Of a stretch of DNA of 64,000 nucleotides, positions 50,377-59,662 are shown one piece after another; the first letter of the stretch is position 1, and every line of letters starts with the position of its first letter. Origin of the DNA: Candidatus Poribacteria bacterium (lineage in GTDB: Bacteria; Poribacteria; WGA-4E; WGA-3G); assembly GCA_965242965.1 (NCBI GenBank), contig OZ251518.1, forward strand, positions 1,952,001-2,016,000. The letters are read 5' to 3'. The position numbers and the translations under genes are program-made. The notes beneath the pieces are model-generated. The model saw only the letters and a list, made by a program, of their open reading frames with translations, searched no databases and had not been told where the DNA came from.

Positions 50377-50913
50377 TTAAAACTGCGAGGGGAAACTCCC
50401 ACGCGCAGCATCCATCACTTCCGCAGTTATCTCGGCATAGCCGTTGTCTTTCGCGAACGTTTCAATACCCATCTTTGCCATCGGACGGACAAAACTCGGA
50501 ATCCGCTCCAAGCGAGATAATGCCTCCGCTGACCAGGTAGGACCGGCGGGTTCCGCCTTCGTCGGCTCTTCTTCCTCAAACGCGCCTGCGATGACAGACG
50601 TAAACGGACACTTGCCACCCTCAGCGGTGCCCGACGCGTTTGCATCTTGGGCAGCAGGCGTGGCGGGCATCGGCTCGCGTTTGGCGGTTCCGAGCTGCGA
50701 ACGCACCATCTGCATCGGTTGCGCCGCCTCGGCACTGCCGCCTAACTGCAAGTCCAAGGATTTCAGCATTTGGGTTTCCCACGGGTTGAGGAACATAGCG
50801 AATTCCATGAAGCAATCCGGACATTCAAACACGGCGGTGACGGAACCTTGCTCAGGACGCATCACGTCTTTGAATTTCATCGCTGTATCGCATTCTCGGC
50901 ATAAGAATTTCAT
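50377..50913 (-). CDS. Zn-ribbon + PCP_red-like domain protein
   Basis: CREC..CPDC; tail WSAEALSRLERIPSFVRPMAKMGIETFAKDNGYAEITAEVM. Confidence 0.78.
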   Translation of the reverse strand: MKFLCRECDTAMKFKDVMRPEQGSVTAVFECPDCFMEFAMFLNPWETQMLKSLDLQLGGSAEAAQPMQMVRSQLGTAKREPMPATPAAQDANASGTAEGGKCPFTSVIAGAFEEEEPTKAEPAGPTWSAEALSRLERIPSFVRPMAKMGIETFAKDNGYAEITAEVMDAARGSFPSQF

Positions 50914-51788
50914 CGTTGAATCTCCTTAAAGAAATGTTGAATTTGCGCAGCAACTGCTGTGAGTGCTACGCTTGCGGGAGTGTTCGGGTATTCACGCAAA
51001 TAAGGCACCCCCTTGTCACCACAATAGGCAAGTCTCGGGTCGAAGGGAATACTACCGAGTGTCCCTTCAATGCCCGACTCCTCCGTGGAAAAGAGGGGTT
51101 CCTTTTCGCCACAATGCTGGCAGATATGAAACGCCATGTTCTCGACAACGCCGATAACCGGAACGTTCAGAATCTGTCGCGCCATCGCCAACGATTTTTT
51201 GACGATGAATTGCGACACCTCGGACGGAATCGTCACGACGATAACGCCGCCGAGGTTTGGGATCAGTTCAACAACGTTTGGAATCCTGTCTGTGCCTGGC
51301 GGCAGATCGAGCAGGAGATAGTCTAATTCTCCCCAGTCGGTATCACCGATGAACTCTCGGAGCGCGCCGACTTCCATCGTGGCACGCCAAGTGTAGGCAT
51401 CTTTCTGGGTGGGCGCATTCCACAGAACGGGTGCCTCATCCTCGGCGAGGAGTAAGTCCATCGAGATAACCTTGATGCCGAGGGCGTTGACTGCCGGCGT
51501 GACACCCGCAGGCGAATATTCAAGCGCGGCATTTCGCACCCCCATCATTTTCGCGATTGACGGCCCGTTGATGTCAGCGTCAACGACACCGACAGTTTCG
51601 CCTTGTAGCGCAAGTGCAACAGCAAGGTTCGAGGTAATCGCACTCTTGCCGACACCGCCTTTCCCGCTCAGAATCGCGACGGTGTGTTTGACATCGGCAA
51701 GCCGTTTTTGCAGCCGATTGAACTGGCCGGCAACTTGTCCAATAATGTTGGAACCTGCATCATCCGGGAGTTCTTTGTAGGTTTTCAT
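50910..51788 (-). CDS. Mrp/ApbC/NBP35 family P-loop ATPase
   Basis: SGKGGVGKS, DADINGPS, WGELDYLLLDLPPGT, ENM..CQHC. Confidence 0.9.
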   Translation of the reverse strand: MKTYKELPDDAGSNIIGQVAGQFNRLQKRLADVKHTVAILSGKGGVGKSAITSNLAVALALQGETVGVVDADINGPSIAKMMGVRNAALEYSPAGVTPAVNALGIKVISMDLLLAEDEAPVLWNAPTQKDAYTWRATMEVGALREFIGDTDWGELDYLLLDLPPGTDRIPNVVELIPNLGGVIVVTIPSEVSQFIVKKSLAMARQILNVPVIGVVENMAFHICQHCGEKEPLFSTEESGIEGTLGSIPFDPRLAYCGDKGVPYLREYPNTPASVALTAVAAQIQHFFKEIQR

Positions 51789-51795
51789 AACCATA

Positions 51796-51824
51796 ATTAT
51801 AGCAAATTTTACTGCAAATGTCAA
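51796..51824 (-). promoter_or_regulatory. sigma70 promoter of the mrp/PCP_red operon, identical to the ffh promoter
   Basis: TTGACATTTGCAGTAAAATTTGCTATAAT on the minus strand. Confidence 0.75.
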
Positions 51825-51886
51825 TTTTTTTTCAACTGTTTTCTGAATTGGACAGGCGGCGCGCCAGATATGAAAAATTTCTCCAC

Positions 51887-51916
51887 TTGACAAAAATCCG
51901 CTAGCACTGCTAAAAT
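51887..51916 (+). promoter_or_regulatory. sigma70-like promoter, probably leaderless transcript
   Basis: TTGACA-N18-TAAAAT, ATG 6 nt downstream. Confidence 0.55.
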
Positions 51917-51922
51917 AGGGTT

Positions 51923-52969
51923 ATGAAAATCGTAACGCTAAAACTCATTTTTATCCTCGTCTTATCCTGCTGTCATTTTGGGTGCCAAGGCGGCGCGTTA
52001 AACCTCGATTCTGTCGGCGGCAGTTTAGAGATTGTCGAAAAATCTGGCGAACTTACCGAAAACGAAGTGTGGGATGGACGCATCTATGTTACCGGCACCG
52101 TTATCGTCCCGGAAGGCATCACGCTAACCATCCGTTCCGGTGCCATCGTCGGGTTTGAGCCGATGGAGACACCGAGTCAAATCCTCGTGCGGGGGGAACT
52201 TTACGCCGAAGGCTCGCCAGATTTGATGATAGTCTTCGGTTCACTCGGCGCGCAACCGACGGAGCAAGGGGAAACCAAAACGCCAGCGACTTCGCCTTTT
52301 GCCAGCGGATACGGCTTACCGCGAACGCAGACAATTACACAATCAACAACCATGACAACCGCCGCACCGCCAAAAGCAGGAGATTGGCGAGGCATTCGCA
52401 TTGAGTCACAAAGCCCGAATAGCAGGCTCACCTATTGCCGCATTCAACACGCAACGGCGGGTATCACGATTAGCACCGATGCCGTGCAGATTGAGCGATG
52501 CCTTTTCAGCATGAACAATATCGGCGTGCTTTGCGAAAATGCGAATCCGACTATCACGAATAACGAGTTCAACCGCAACGGCACGGGACTCCAATTCCGT
52601 GGTGCTGCCGCGCCGGAGGTGGAGCATAACGCCTTCGCCGCGAACGAATACGGCATTATCTGTGAGGACGATTCGCGGCCGCGCATCGTTTACAACGAAA
52701 TCCGCGCGAATTATCAGCACGCCATCGTCTGTTATTCCACCGCCTCACCGGAGATTGTCTCTAACAACATCACGATGAACGTCGGATGGGCAGTTTACGA
52801 TGGCGGCAGACTCCGCGATAATTACATCAGTGGGAATAAACAGGCGGGACCCGGCATTACGGAACTCTCAATCAGCACACAAAGCGAACAGATTTACAGC
52901 GTTGATGAGACGTTAGACCCGAGGACTACGCCTGTCCCCGAAGCGGGAGTGCAACGGGATAATTTTTAG
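51923..52969 (+). CDS. Exported right-handed beta-helix (NosD/pectin-lyase-like) protein, possible lipoprotein
   Basis: Signal with Cys; VIVPEGITLTI, GDWRGI, repeated PTITNNEF/PEIVSNNI. Confidence 0.78.
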   Translation: MKIVTLKLIFILVLSCCHFGCQGGALNLDSVGGSLEIVEKSGELTENEVWDGRIYVTGTVIVPEGITLTIRSGAIVGFEPMETPSQILVRGELYAEGSPDLMIVFGSLGAQPTEQGETKTPATSPFASGYGLPRTQTITQSTTMTTAAPPKAGDWRGIRIESQSPNSRLTYCRIQHATAGITISTDAVQIERCLFSMNNIGVLCENANPTITNNEFNRNGTGLQFRGAAAPEVEHNAFAANEYGIICEDDSRPRIVYNEIRANYQHAIVCYSTASPEIVSNNITMNVGWAVYDGGRLRDNYISGNKQAGPGITELSISTQSEQIYSVDETLDPRTTPVPEAGVQRDNF

Positions 52970-53002
52970 CGCGCCGTTGAAAATCGCGTCTACCGATTTA
53001 AG

Positions 53003-53580
53003 GTGAGGGTGTTTCATATTTCGATGCGTTCGGTAGGAGAGCCCTCTAGTCTCGATGTTCCCGTAGGGCGGGGGACAGGCCCCCGCCCTACGAGGAAAGG
53101 AAGGCGTTATTTTTATCGTAGCGCGGGGGCCTGTCCCCCGCGATCGTTGGAGTGCGCGTGCACGCACGATGGCGGGGGCCTGTCCCTCGCCCTACGAGGA
53201 AAGGAAGGCGTTATTTATCGTAGCGCGGGGGCCTGTCCCCCGCGAGTTCCATCGTTCCGATGTGTGTTTCCCCCGCTGTAGTTTGTGATCACCTGATCAC
53301 AAACAGTTCAGGATCAGGCGATCCTGACTTACAGGGGTGATGCGGTCTGGCAGCAAAACGATGGCGAGGGACAGGCCCTCGCCCTACGGTGAAGTGCCGT
53401 TTTTATCGTAGCGCGGGGGCCTGTCCCCCGCGAGTTCCATCGTCACGATGTGTTTCCCCCGCTGTAGTTTGTGCTCGCCTGATCACAAACAGGTCAGGAT
53501 CAGGCGATTCTTACCTACAGAGGTGGGCTTGCATTGAGACCGGGAGGTCTCTCCTTCGGGGATTTATGAAATACCCTCAG
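53003..53580. mobile_element. MITE-like shell with REP cargo
   Basis: TGAGGGTGTTTCATA ... TATGAAATACCCTCAG; TTAAG on both flanks. Confidence 0.7.
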
Positions 53581-53594
53581 TTAAGGTGTCTATT

Positions 53595-54518
53595 ATGAGC
53601 CGCCTGAAGGCATATCTTGAACTCATCCGTTATCCGCTCTTCGCGATTCCGATAGTCGCAACGCTCCCCGGCGCGCTCATCGCAAGCGAGGGGAAACTGA
53701 CATGGCGCGTCGCGGCGGCACTGTTCATCGCGCTGTGTGGCTACTTCGCCGGGATGATAAAGAATGACTACTTCCACCACGAGACAGATAGCCTGACAAA
53801 CCCGGAACGCCCGCTGCCGTCGCGTCGCCTAACGCCGCGGCAAGCACTCGTCCCGGCGAGTGTTATCTACGGGTTATGCGTCATCGCCGGCTTCTGGCTC
53901 AACGTCAAAGCAGGACTGCTGGTAATCAGTTTAGTTGCCATTTCGCATCTCTACAATGCGATTTTCAAGGCGCGCGGTATATTGGGCAGCCTGACACTGC
54001 CGATAGGCATCGGGTTGCTGAACGTTTTCGGCGCGCTAGTCGTCAGCGGCGAGGTGCCGCGGCTCGTATGGTATGCCTTCGCCGCGACGACGCTTTACGA
54101 TTTCGGCACGCACATCACTACCACGTTCAAAGATCTTGCGCGTGACGAAGCACTCGGCATCACGACGACACCCCTCCAGATAGGCATCCGCCCGGCGTTA
54201 TGGCTCTCCGCGCTCGCGACGATGCTCGCGTTCGCTGTCGCGCTCTTGCCGTATTGGCTTGAGCCGTTGAATCAGAAATCTTATGCTGTTTGGGTAGTTT
54301 TAGGTATCGTCGCCACGGTTGCCACGCGCATCCCGCTCTATCTGCAACCGAGTGAAAAGAACGGGTATTTCGCGCTGAAGGGTTCAATGGTGGGTTCAAT
54401 TCTCTTTTTTCCCTGCCTCATCGGCGCGCAGGTGTCTATTGTTGTTGCAGCGGCGGTTATCGTGCCGTTGCTATTGATTACGACGTTTTTGTTGAAGACG
54501 ACACGTCAGGAAGTTTGA
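53595..54518 (+). CDS. UbiA family prenyltransferase
   Basis: NDYFHHETD..NPERPLPS, FKDLARD, many TM segments. Confidence 0.88.
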   Translation: MSRLKAYLELIRYPLFAIPIVATLPGALIASEGKLTWRVAAALFIALCGYFAGMIKNDYFHHETDSLTNPERPLPSRRLTPRQALVPASVIYGLCVIAGFWLNVKAGLLVISLVAISHLYNAIFKARGILGSLTLPIGIGLLNVFGALVVSGEVPRLVWYAFAATTLYDFGTHITTTFKDLARDEALGITTTPLQIGIRPALWLSALATMLAFAVALLPYWLEPLNQKSYAVWVVLGIVATVATRIPLYLQPSEKNGYFALKGSMVGSILFFPCLIGAQVSIVVAAAVIVPLLLITTFLLKTTRQEV

Positions 54519-54544
54519 TTGTAATAGGGGAGAAGCATCGGATT

Positions 54545-55993
54545 ATGAAAAATATCGTTTTACTTATCACGGACACGTTCCGTTATGACAATCTCGGAGA
54601 ACGCGCAGCACGCCCCATCCGCACGCCGCACCTCGATCGGTTTGAGGCGGAACGCGCCACTACCATCGACAAATTCTATATGAGCAGCTTCCCCACTGTG
54701 CCGCATCGCACCGATGTGGCAACAGGCACAGTTGGGTGGCCCCACTATCCGTGGCAACCCATTGATGTAAGCGGGCCGAATCATATCGCGCAACTCCTCG
54801 GTGCGCAGGGTTACGCGACGCAGCTTATCTGTGATTGCCCGCATCTGTTTAACACGCGGTTCCAGCACGGATTTGATGCTGCCTTCCAGCATCGCGGACA
54901 AGAAGGCGATAAACCGCTGCTGCACCTCAATGATGCGATTCAAATCGTCATGCCGGACGAGAAGACGCGTCCGCAGCCCTCCTTCAGAGGCAATACCTTG
55001 CCGAATACGCATCGGTGGACAAACCGCTATTATCAGTATGAGGCGGAGACGTTCTCGGGCAGGACATCAGAAACGACGGTGCGGTGGTTAGAGGAGAACT
55101 ACAAGTCGGGGCCGTTCTTCCTTTGGGTGGATTTCTTCGATCCGCATGAGCCGTGGGATCCGCCGGAATACATCGTCAAACGGTATGACCCGGGTTACAC
55201 CGGCGCGCCGATGCTGCATCCAAATTACGGCAGAGCTTCGCTTTACACGGAGGCGGAGTTGCACAATTTATGGGCGCACTACGCGGGTGAAGCAGAGCTC
55301 GTAGACAGGCACATCGGACGCATTTTGGAAAAGGTAACCGATCTAGAGTTATGGGACGATACCCTTGTCATCGTCATGTCCGACCACGGTATGTCCATCG
55401 GCGAGCATGAACGCACCGGTAAATCTAACATCGACCCGGGCGACACGCGCTATTGGCCGACGTATCCGGAAATTAACCACGAGATGTTCCTCATCGCGGG
55501 CGGCGATGTGCCGCGCGGGCAACGCCGGAACTTCATCGCGCAGCCGATGGATATCTTCCCGACACTCTGCGCGTTAGCGGATGTGACGGTGGAACCTCGT
55601 AAACCGTTTGAGGGACGTTCGTTTGCGGATGCACTGCGCAGCGGCGAGGGAGAGCATCGGGAGTATGCCGTGACAGGCTGTCATATCGGTGCGCGGGATG
55701 GCACGGTACCGAGTCGTGCGACAACGCCGTTTCTCGTCACGGAGCGTTGGGGTTACGCACCGGTTGGTGCGGATGGCACACCGGAGTTGTTCGATCTCCC
55801 CGTTGATGCGCTAGCCGAGAATAACATTGCCGCTGACAACGTATCGCTCGTTGCGGAATTGCACGAGATGTTCATGACGCATCTGGTGGAGCACAACGCG
55901 CCCGAGCATTTCTTGGCACTTTGGCGGGAGTTACCTTCCGGAGAGGGGCGCGGCACCTGGTCGATCGATTATCCTGATGAGTCGGATGAATAG
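54545..55993 (+). CDS. Sulfatase/alkaline-phosphatase superfamily hydrolase with T-x-P-x-R motif
   Basis: ITDTFRYD, SFPTVPHR, DPHEPW, SDHG. Confidence 0.85.
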   Translation: MKNIVLLITDTFRYDNLGERAARPIRTPHLDRFEAERATTIDKFYMSSFPTVPHRTDVATGTVGWPHYPWQPIDVSGPNHIAQLLGAQGYATQLICDCPHLFNTRFQHGFDAAFQHRGQEGDKPLLHLNDAIQIVMPDEKTRPQPSFRGNTLPNTHRWTNRYYQYEAETFSGRTSETTVRWLEENYKSGPFFLWVDFFDPHEPWDPPEYIVKRYDPGYTGAPMLHPNYGRASLYTEAELHNLWAHYAGEAELVDRHIGRILEKVTDLELWDDTLVIVMSDHGMSIGEHERTGKSNIDPGDTRYWPTYPEINHEMFLIAGGDVPRGQRRNFIAQPMDIFPTLCALADVTVEPRKPFEGRSFADALRSGEGEHREYAVTGCHIGARDGTVPSRATTPFLVTERWGYAPVGADGTPELFDLPVDALAENNIAADNVSLVAELHEMFMTHLVEHNAPEHFLALWRELPSGEGRGTWSIDYPDESDE

Positions 55994-56014
55994 GGAAGAA
56001 AAACGCGTCACGGT

Positions 56015-56240
56015 GCGTAGGGCGAGGGCCCTCGCCTGCCACACGCGCAGGCGAGCGGGTTTCCCTCGCCTTGCGTTTGGCTGGCAGACCGCATCACCTC
56101 TGTAGGTCAGGAGCACCTGCTCCTGACCCGTTCGGGAGCGGGTGCTCCCGAACTACAGCGGTGGGCCCGATGCCTTCCGGTATTCGCCATCCCTCCAAGA
56201 CAGGATAAATACCGAAACAGAGTTATGAAACACCCTCGCC
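56015..56240. repeat. REP cluster ending in a solo TIR
   Basis: TTATGAAACACCCTC at ~56223. Confidence 0.75.
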
Positions 56241-57017
56241 TTATTTTGGGAGTTCCAGAAATTCATAAGGGTCAATCCCCCCATCTGGAAATTCATAAAC
56301 GGTTAAATGTGGCGGGAGGATACCTGTCAGGATTTCGTCAAAATATCTATCTTCAACATCTGGAGACGTAAGCCAACGCTGGACATGCGGCTTGCCATCT
56401 GCCCCGACAGAATCCGCCCACTTGATGTAAACCACATTGTCAATAATCGGATAAATGAGCCGATACTTACCATTAAATACAGCACCAAGGGTATGAATCC
56501 CTTGAGTCCATAACTTGATCTGGACTCTTGCTATCAACTCATGGTCTGGTGACATTGAGCGCGTGCTGATGTCATCCCAAATATCTTGTTCCGGAAAATC
56601 AGGCGGAACTTTCGGATACGGACCAAAACCGTAAGGGGAAATCCCGGAAGACGCGTGATCGATTGCAGTCTCATGAGCTTCCTCCATCAACGGTTCTTCG
56701 TCTACATCAACGAAGTCCGTTTCCGCTAATTGTTCTACCTCCGTTTCCGCAGACACCGTTTCGTGGATGTCGTCAACGTCAATGGCGAGTGCATCCGGTT
56801 GTTCCAAGGTGCTGATGTCTGAGGGCTCGGTTTGCTGCATGATTTGGGTGTCCGCATTTTTTGCCAAGTATTGCTGAACCAACCGCTGGCTCCTGTCATC
56901 TTCTTCCTGAATGCCGCGGTTGACATGCCAACTATAGAGAAGGCTGCCTGAAACCATTAGGAAGCAGAAGAGGATTCCAGCGAGGACAACTTTATTTGAG
57001 AAGATCTCGCGGAACAT
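56241..57017 (-). CDS. Hypothetical membrane-anchored protein
   Basis: GAGGTG RBS; N-terminal TM, acidic linker, SPYGFGPYP..GGIDPYEFLELP domain. Confidence 0.7.
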   Translation of the reverse strand: MFREIFSNKVVLAGILFCFLMVSGSLLYSWHVNRGIQEEDDRSQRLVQQYLAKNADTQIMQQTEPSDISTLEQPDALAIDVDDIHETVSAETEVEQLAETDFVDVDEEPLMEEAHETAIDHASSGISPYGFGPYPKVPPDFPEQDIWDDISTRSMSPDHELIARVQIKLWTQGIHTLGAVFNGKYRLIYPIIDNVVYIKWADSVGADGKPHVQRWLTSPDVEDRYFDEILTGILPPHLTVYEFPDGGIDPYEFLELPK

Positions 57018-57029
57018 ATGTCACCTCTT

Positions 57030-57231
57030 GAGGCGAGGGACAGGCCCTCGCCCTACGTGAAGGGCGGCGTTTTTTCACCGTAGCGCGGGGGCCTGTCCCC
57101 CGCGATCGTTGGGGTACGCGAAACGATGGCGAGGGACAGGCCCTCGCCCTACGTGAAAGAGAGGCGTTTTTTATCGTAGCGCGGGGGCCTGTCCCCCGCG
57201 ACGTTGAGCGATTTATGAAACACCACCTCAT
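57030..57231. repeat. REP cluster ending in a solo TIR
   Basis: GCGACGTTGAGCGATTTATGAAACACC. Confidence 0.75.
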
Positions 57232-58197
57232 TTACAGAATCCTCAATTCATCTTCCTCGCCGCTTGCCTCCAACACCTCTTCCAATTTTGTCGCGACGGT
57301 GCCGAACGCAGCGGATTGCGGCGAATCAGGATGCGCCGCGACGATAGGCACTCCCAAATCGCCGGCTGTGCAGACTTCTGCATCCAGCGGAATTTGTCCC
57401 AACAGCGAAACGCCGAACCGTTCGCTCATCGTTTTCCCGCCGTCTGCCCGGAAAATCTCCGTTTTTTCGTTGCAGTGCGGACAGAGGAAATAACTCATAT
57501 TTTCGATGATGCCCAAGATAGGCACACCGAGGCGTTCAAACATTGCCACGCCACGCCGCACATCCGCAAGGGCAACATCCTGTGGTGTCGTGACGATGAT
57601 TGCGCCGGTGAGCGGCATCGCCTGCGTTAACGAAAGCGCGACATCACCTGTCCCCGGCGGCAAATCGATGATGAGGTAATCCAATTCACCCCAATCCACA
57701 TCGCTGAGGAACTGACGGATAGCACTGTGCAACATCGGACCGCGCCAGATCATCGCCTGCTCTTCCGGCACCATGAACCCGATCGACATCAGTTTAATGT
57801 CGTGCCGGACGAGAGGGACAAGTTTGCGTTGCGGACTCGTCTGCGGCCGTTCTTGGATGCCCATCATCGTCGGGATGCTGGGACCGTAAGCATCCGCGTC
57901 CATTAAGCCGACGGCGGCACCCGCATTCGCTAGCGAGATAGCGAGGTTCGTCGCGACGGTTGATTTCCCAACGCCGCCCTTTCCACTCGCCACGGCAATC
58001 TTGAACCGCACGTTCGGCAACGCGATGTTCTGTTGCTGCGGCTGCTGTTGCGGTTGCTGCGGCTGCTGTTGTGGCTGCTGGGGTTTCCTGCCAGAAATCT
58101 GCGCGCCGCTGATAACCTTCAGTTCGGGATGCGGATTCGCCGCTGTCTCTGGTTTCGGCTGCGGCTTTTTTTCTTCGCCTTTTCTAAAAAATTTCAT
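57232..58197 (-). CDS. Mrp/ApbC family ATPase with Gln/Pro-rich N-terminus
   Basis: SGKGGVGKST, IWRGPM, DLPPGTGD, TTPQ, CPHC. Confidence 0.93.
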   Translation of the reverse strand: MKFFRKGEEKKPQPKPETAANPHPELKVISGAQISGRKPQQPQQQPQQPQQQPQQQNIALPNVRFKIAVASGKGGVGKSTVATNLAISLANAGAAVGLMDADAYGPSIPTMMGIQERPQTSPQRKLVPLVRHDIKLMSIGFMVPEEQAMIWRGPMLHSAIRQFLSDVDWGELDYLIIDLPPGTGDVALSLTQAMPLTGAIIVTTPQDVALADVRRGVAMFERLGVPILGIIENMSYFLCPHCNEKTEIFRADGGKTMSERFGVSLLGQIPLDAEVCTAGDLGVPIVAAHPDSPQSAAFGTVATKLEEVLEASGEEDELRIL

Positions 58198-58429
58198 GGC
58201 TGTCCTCTCTTCTTCTATCTGTTTGATTAGTTTTTTTAGTTTGATGCCACTGCCCTATCGGGACAGGGAGTTTATTGCATCGAGACCTGGAGGTCTCTCC
58301 TACCTGTCAAGACTAGGAGGGCTTTCCTACCTGTTGCGTCTGGAAATTTCTGTAGGTTAAGATCGCCCGATCTTGACCTGTTTGCGCGCGGGCGATCGCA
58401 AACCTACAGAAGGTGGAGAACGGCAGGTC

Positions 58430-59431
58430 TTATTCCGAGATAACTCCCGTTGCTCGCAGAAGAGTTTCCTGCACCAGCAACTCGTGCGAAACGGGTCGGT
58501 CGCGTAACTGCGCCCCGGCGATAGTCGCCAAGAACGCGTCTAATTCCAATTCATAGAGACGTTGGCGGCCCTCACCCGCGATTTCGACAATCTGTTCGCC
58601 TTTCGCATAGCCGTCCTTCGCTTCCTCCAGACACAGCCGAATCTTGAGCCCCGGCTCAAAAGGTTCAAGGATGATGGCACTGCCTTCGGTGCCGTAGACC
58701 TCGAAGCGGCGTGCCATCGGGCGCGGTTCCAAAGCGGAGATAGAAATGAACGCCATCGCCTTTTCAAATTCATACACGGTGAGCGTGTTGTCTTTGAAAG
58801 GTTCAACGGAGCCGCCATCGTTTCGGAGGAACGCCGTGACTTTCTCCGGCCTGCCGAGGAGCCAAAGCACCTGGTCTAGAACGTGGCCGCCCAAGTCAAA
58901 GAAGATACCACCGATGTGTTGACTGATGCGCGCGCGTGCCTCGTGCGAGACATTGGTGGACATGTGTGCGCGCACCGAGAACACATCGCCGAGGAAGCCA
59001 GAGTGCACCCACTCCGCAACCTGCTTGAAGGCAGAGTGATAGCGCAGCATATACCCCATCTGCACCAACAGCGATTTGTCGTCAGCGGTGCCGATGACGC
59101 GCTGCCACTGCCCCCAGTTTTCGCCAGCCGGTTTATCATACCAGACGTGCTTGCCGGCGTTGACAATCTCTTCCGTCTGGTCCAGGCTTTCGGCGTTGCT
59201 TCCTTCTGAAGCGATTGCGACGATGCTCTCATCGTTCAGCATTTCGGCTGCGCTTGCGAACCAGTGGACATCGGCGAAGGTGCCTGAGTCCGCTTGCAGT
59301 TTCGCGCGCTGTTCTGCATCGGGTTCAAAAACGCCGACGACTTCCACATCGGGATTTATGAGCATCGCCCGCAATTTCCCACCGGCGTGTCCATGTTTCG
59401 TTCCGTATTGTGCCATCCGTATTTTCGCCAT
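58430..59431 (-). CDS. Gfo/Idh/MocA family oxidoreductase
   Basis: YDKPAG, GYMLRY, DLGGHVLD. Confidence 0.88.
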   Translation of the reverse strand: MAKIRMAQYGTKHGHAGGKLRAMLINPDVEVVGVFEPDAEQRAKLQADSGTFADVHWFASAAEMLNDESIVAIASEGSNAESLDQTEEIVNAGKHVWYDKPAGENWGQWQRVIGTADDKSLLVQMGYMLRYHSAFKQVAEWVHSGFLGDVFSVRAHMSTNVSHEARARISQHIGGIFFDLGGHVLDQVLWLLGRPEKVTAFLRNDGGSVEPFKDNTLTVYEFEKAMAFISISALEPRPMARRFEVYGTEGSAIILEPFEPGLKIRLCLEEAKDGYAKGEQIVEIAGEGRQRLYELELDAFLATIAGAQLRDRPVSHELLVQETLLRATGVISE

Positions 59432-59662
59432 ATTTCGTCACTCCCGTGAAAGACAGAATTCGTGTTATGTGACGATTATATGCAGAATCCAATTGCATGT
59501 CAAGAGATATTTTAGCGAACAACTTCCCTCCTCCCTACGATAAAAAATGCCATCCCTTTCACCGTAGCGCGAGGGCCTGTCCCTCGCGAACGTCGGCTAC
59601 GAAAAAAAACGCCCTCCCTGTTTCCGTAGCGCGAGGGCCTGTCCCTCGCGAGCGTTACTTAT

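Noticed and set aside
42986-50913. Photosynthesis/chlorophyll pathway because of PCP_red-like domains
   Set aside because: Only the small terminal domain is present; no BchN/B/L catalytic subunits
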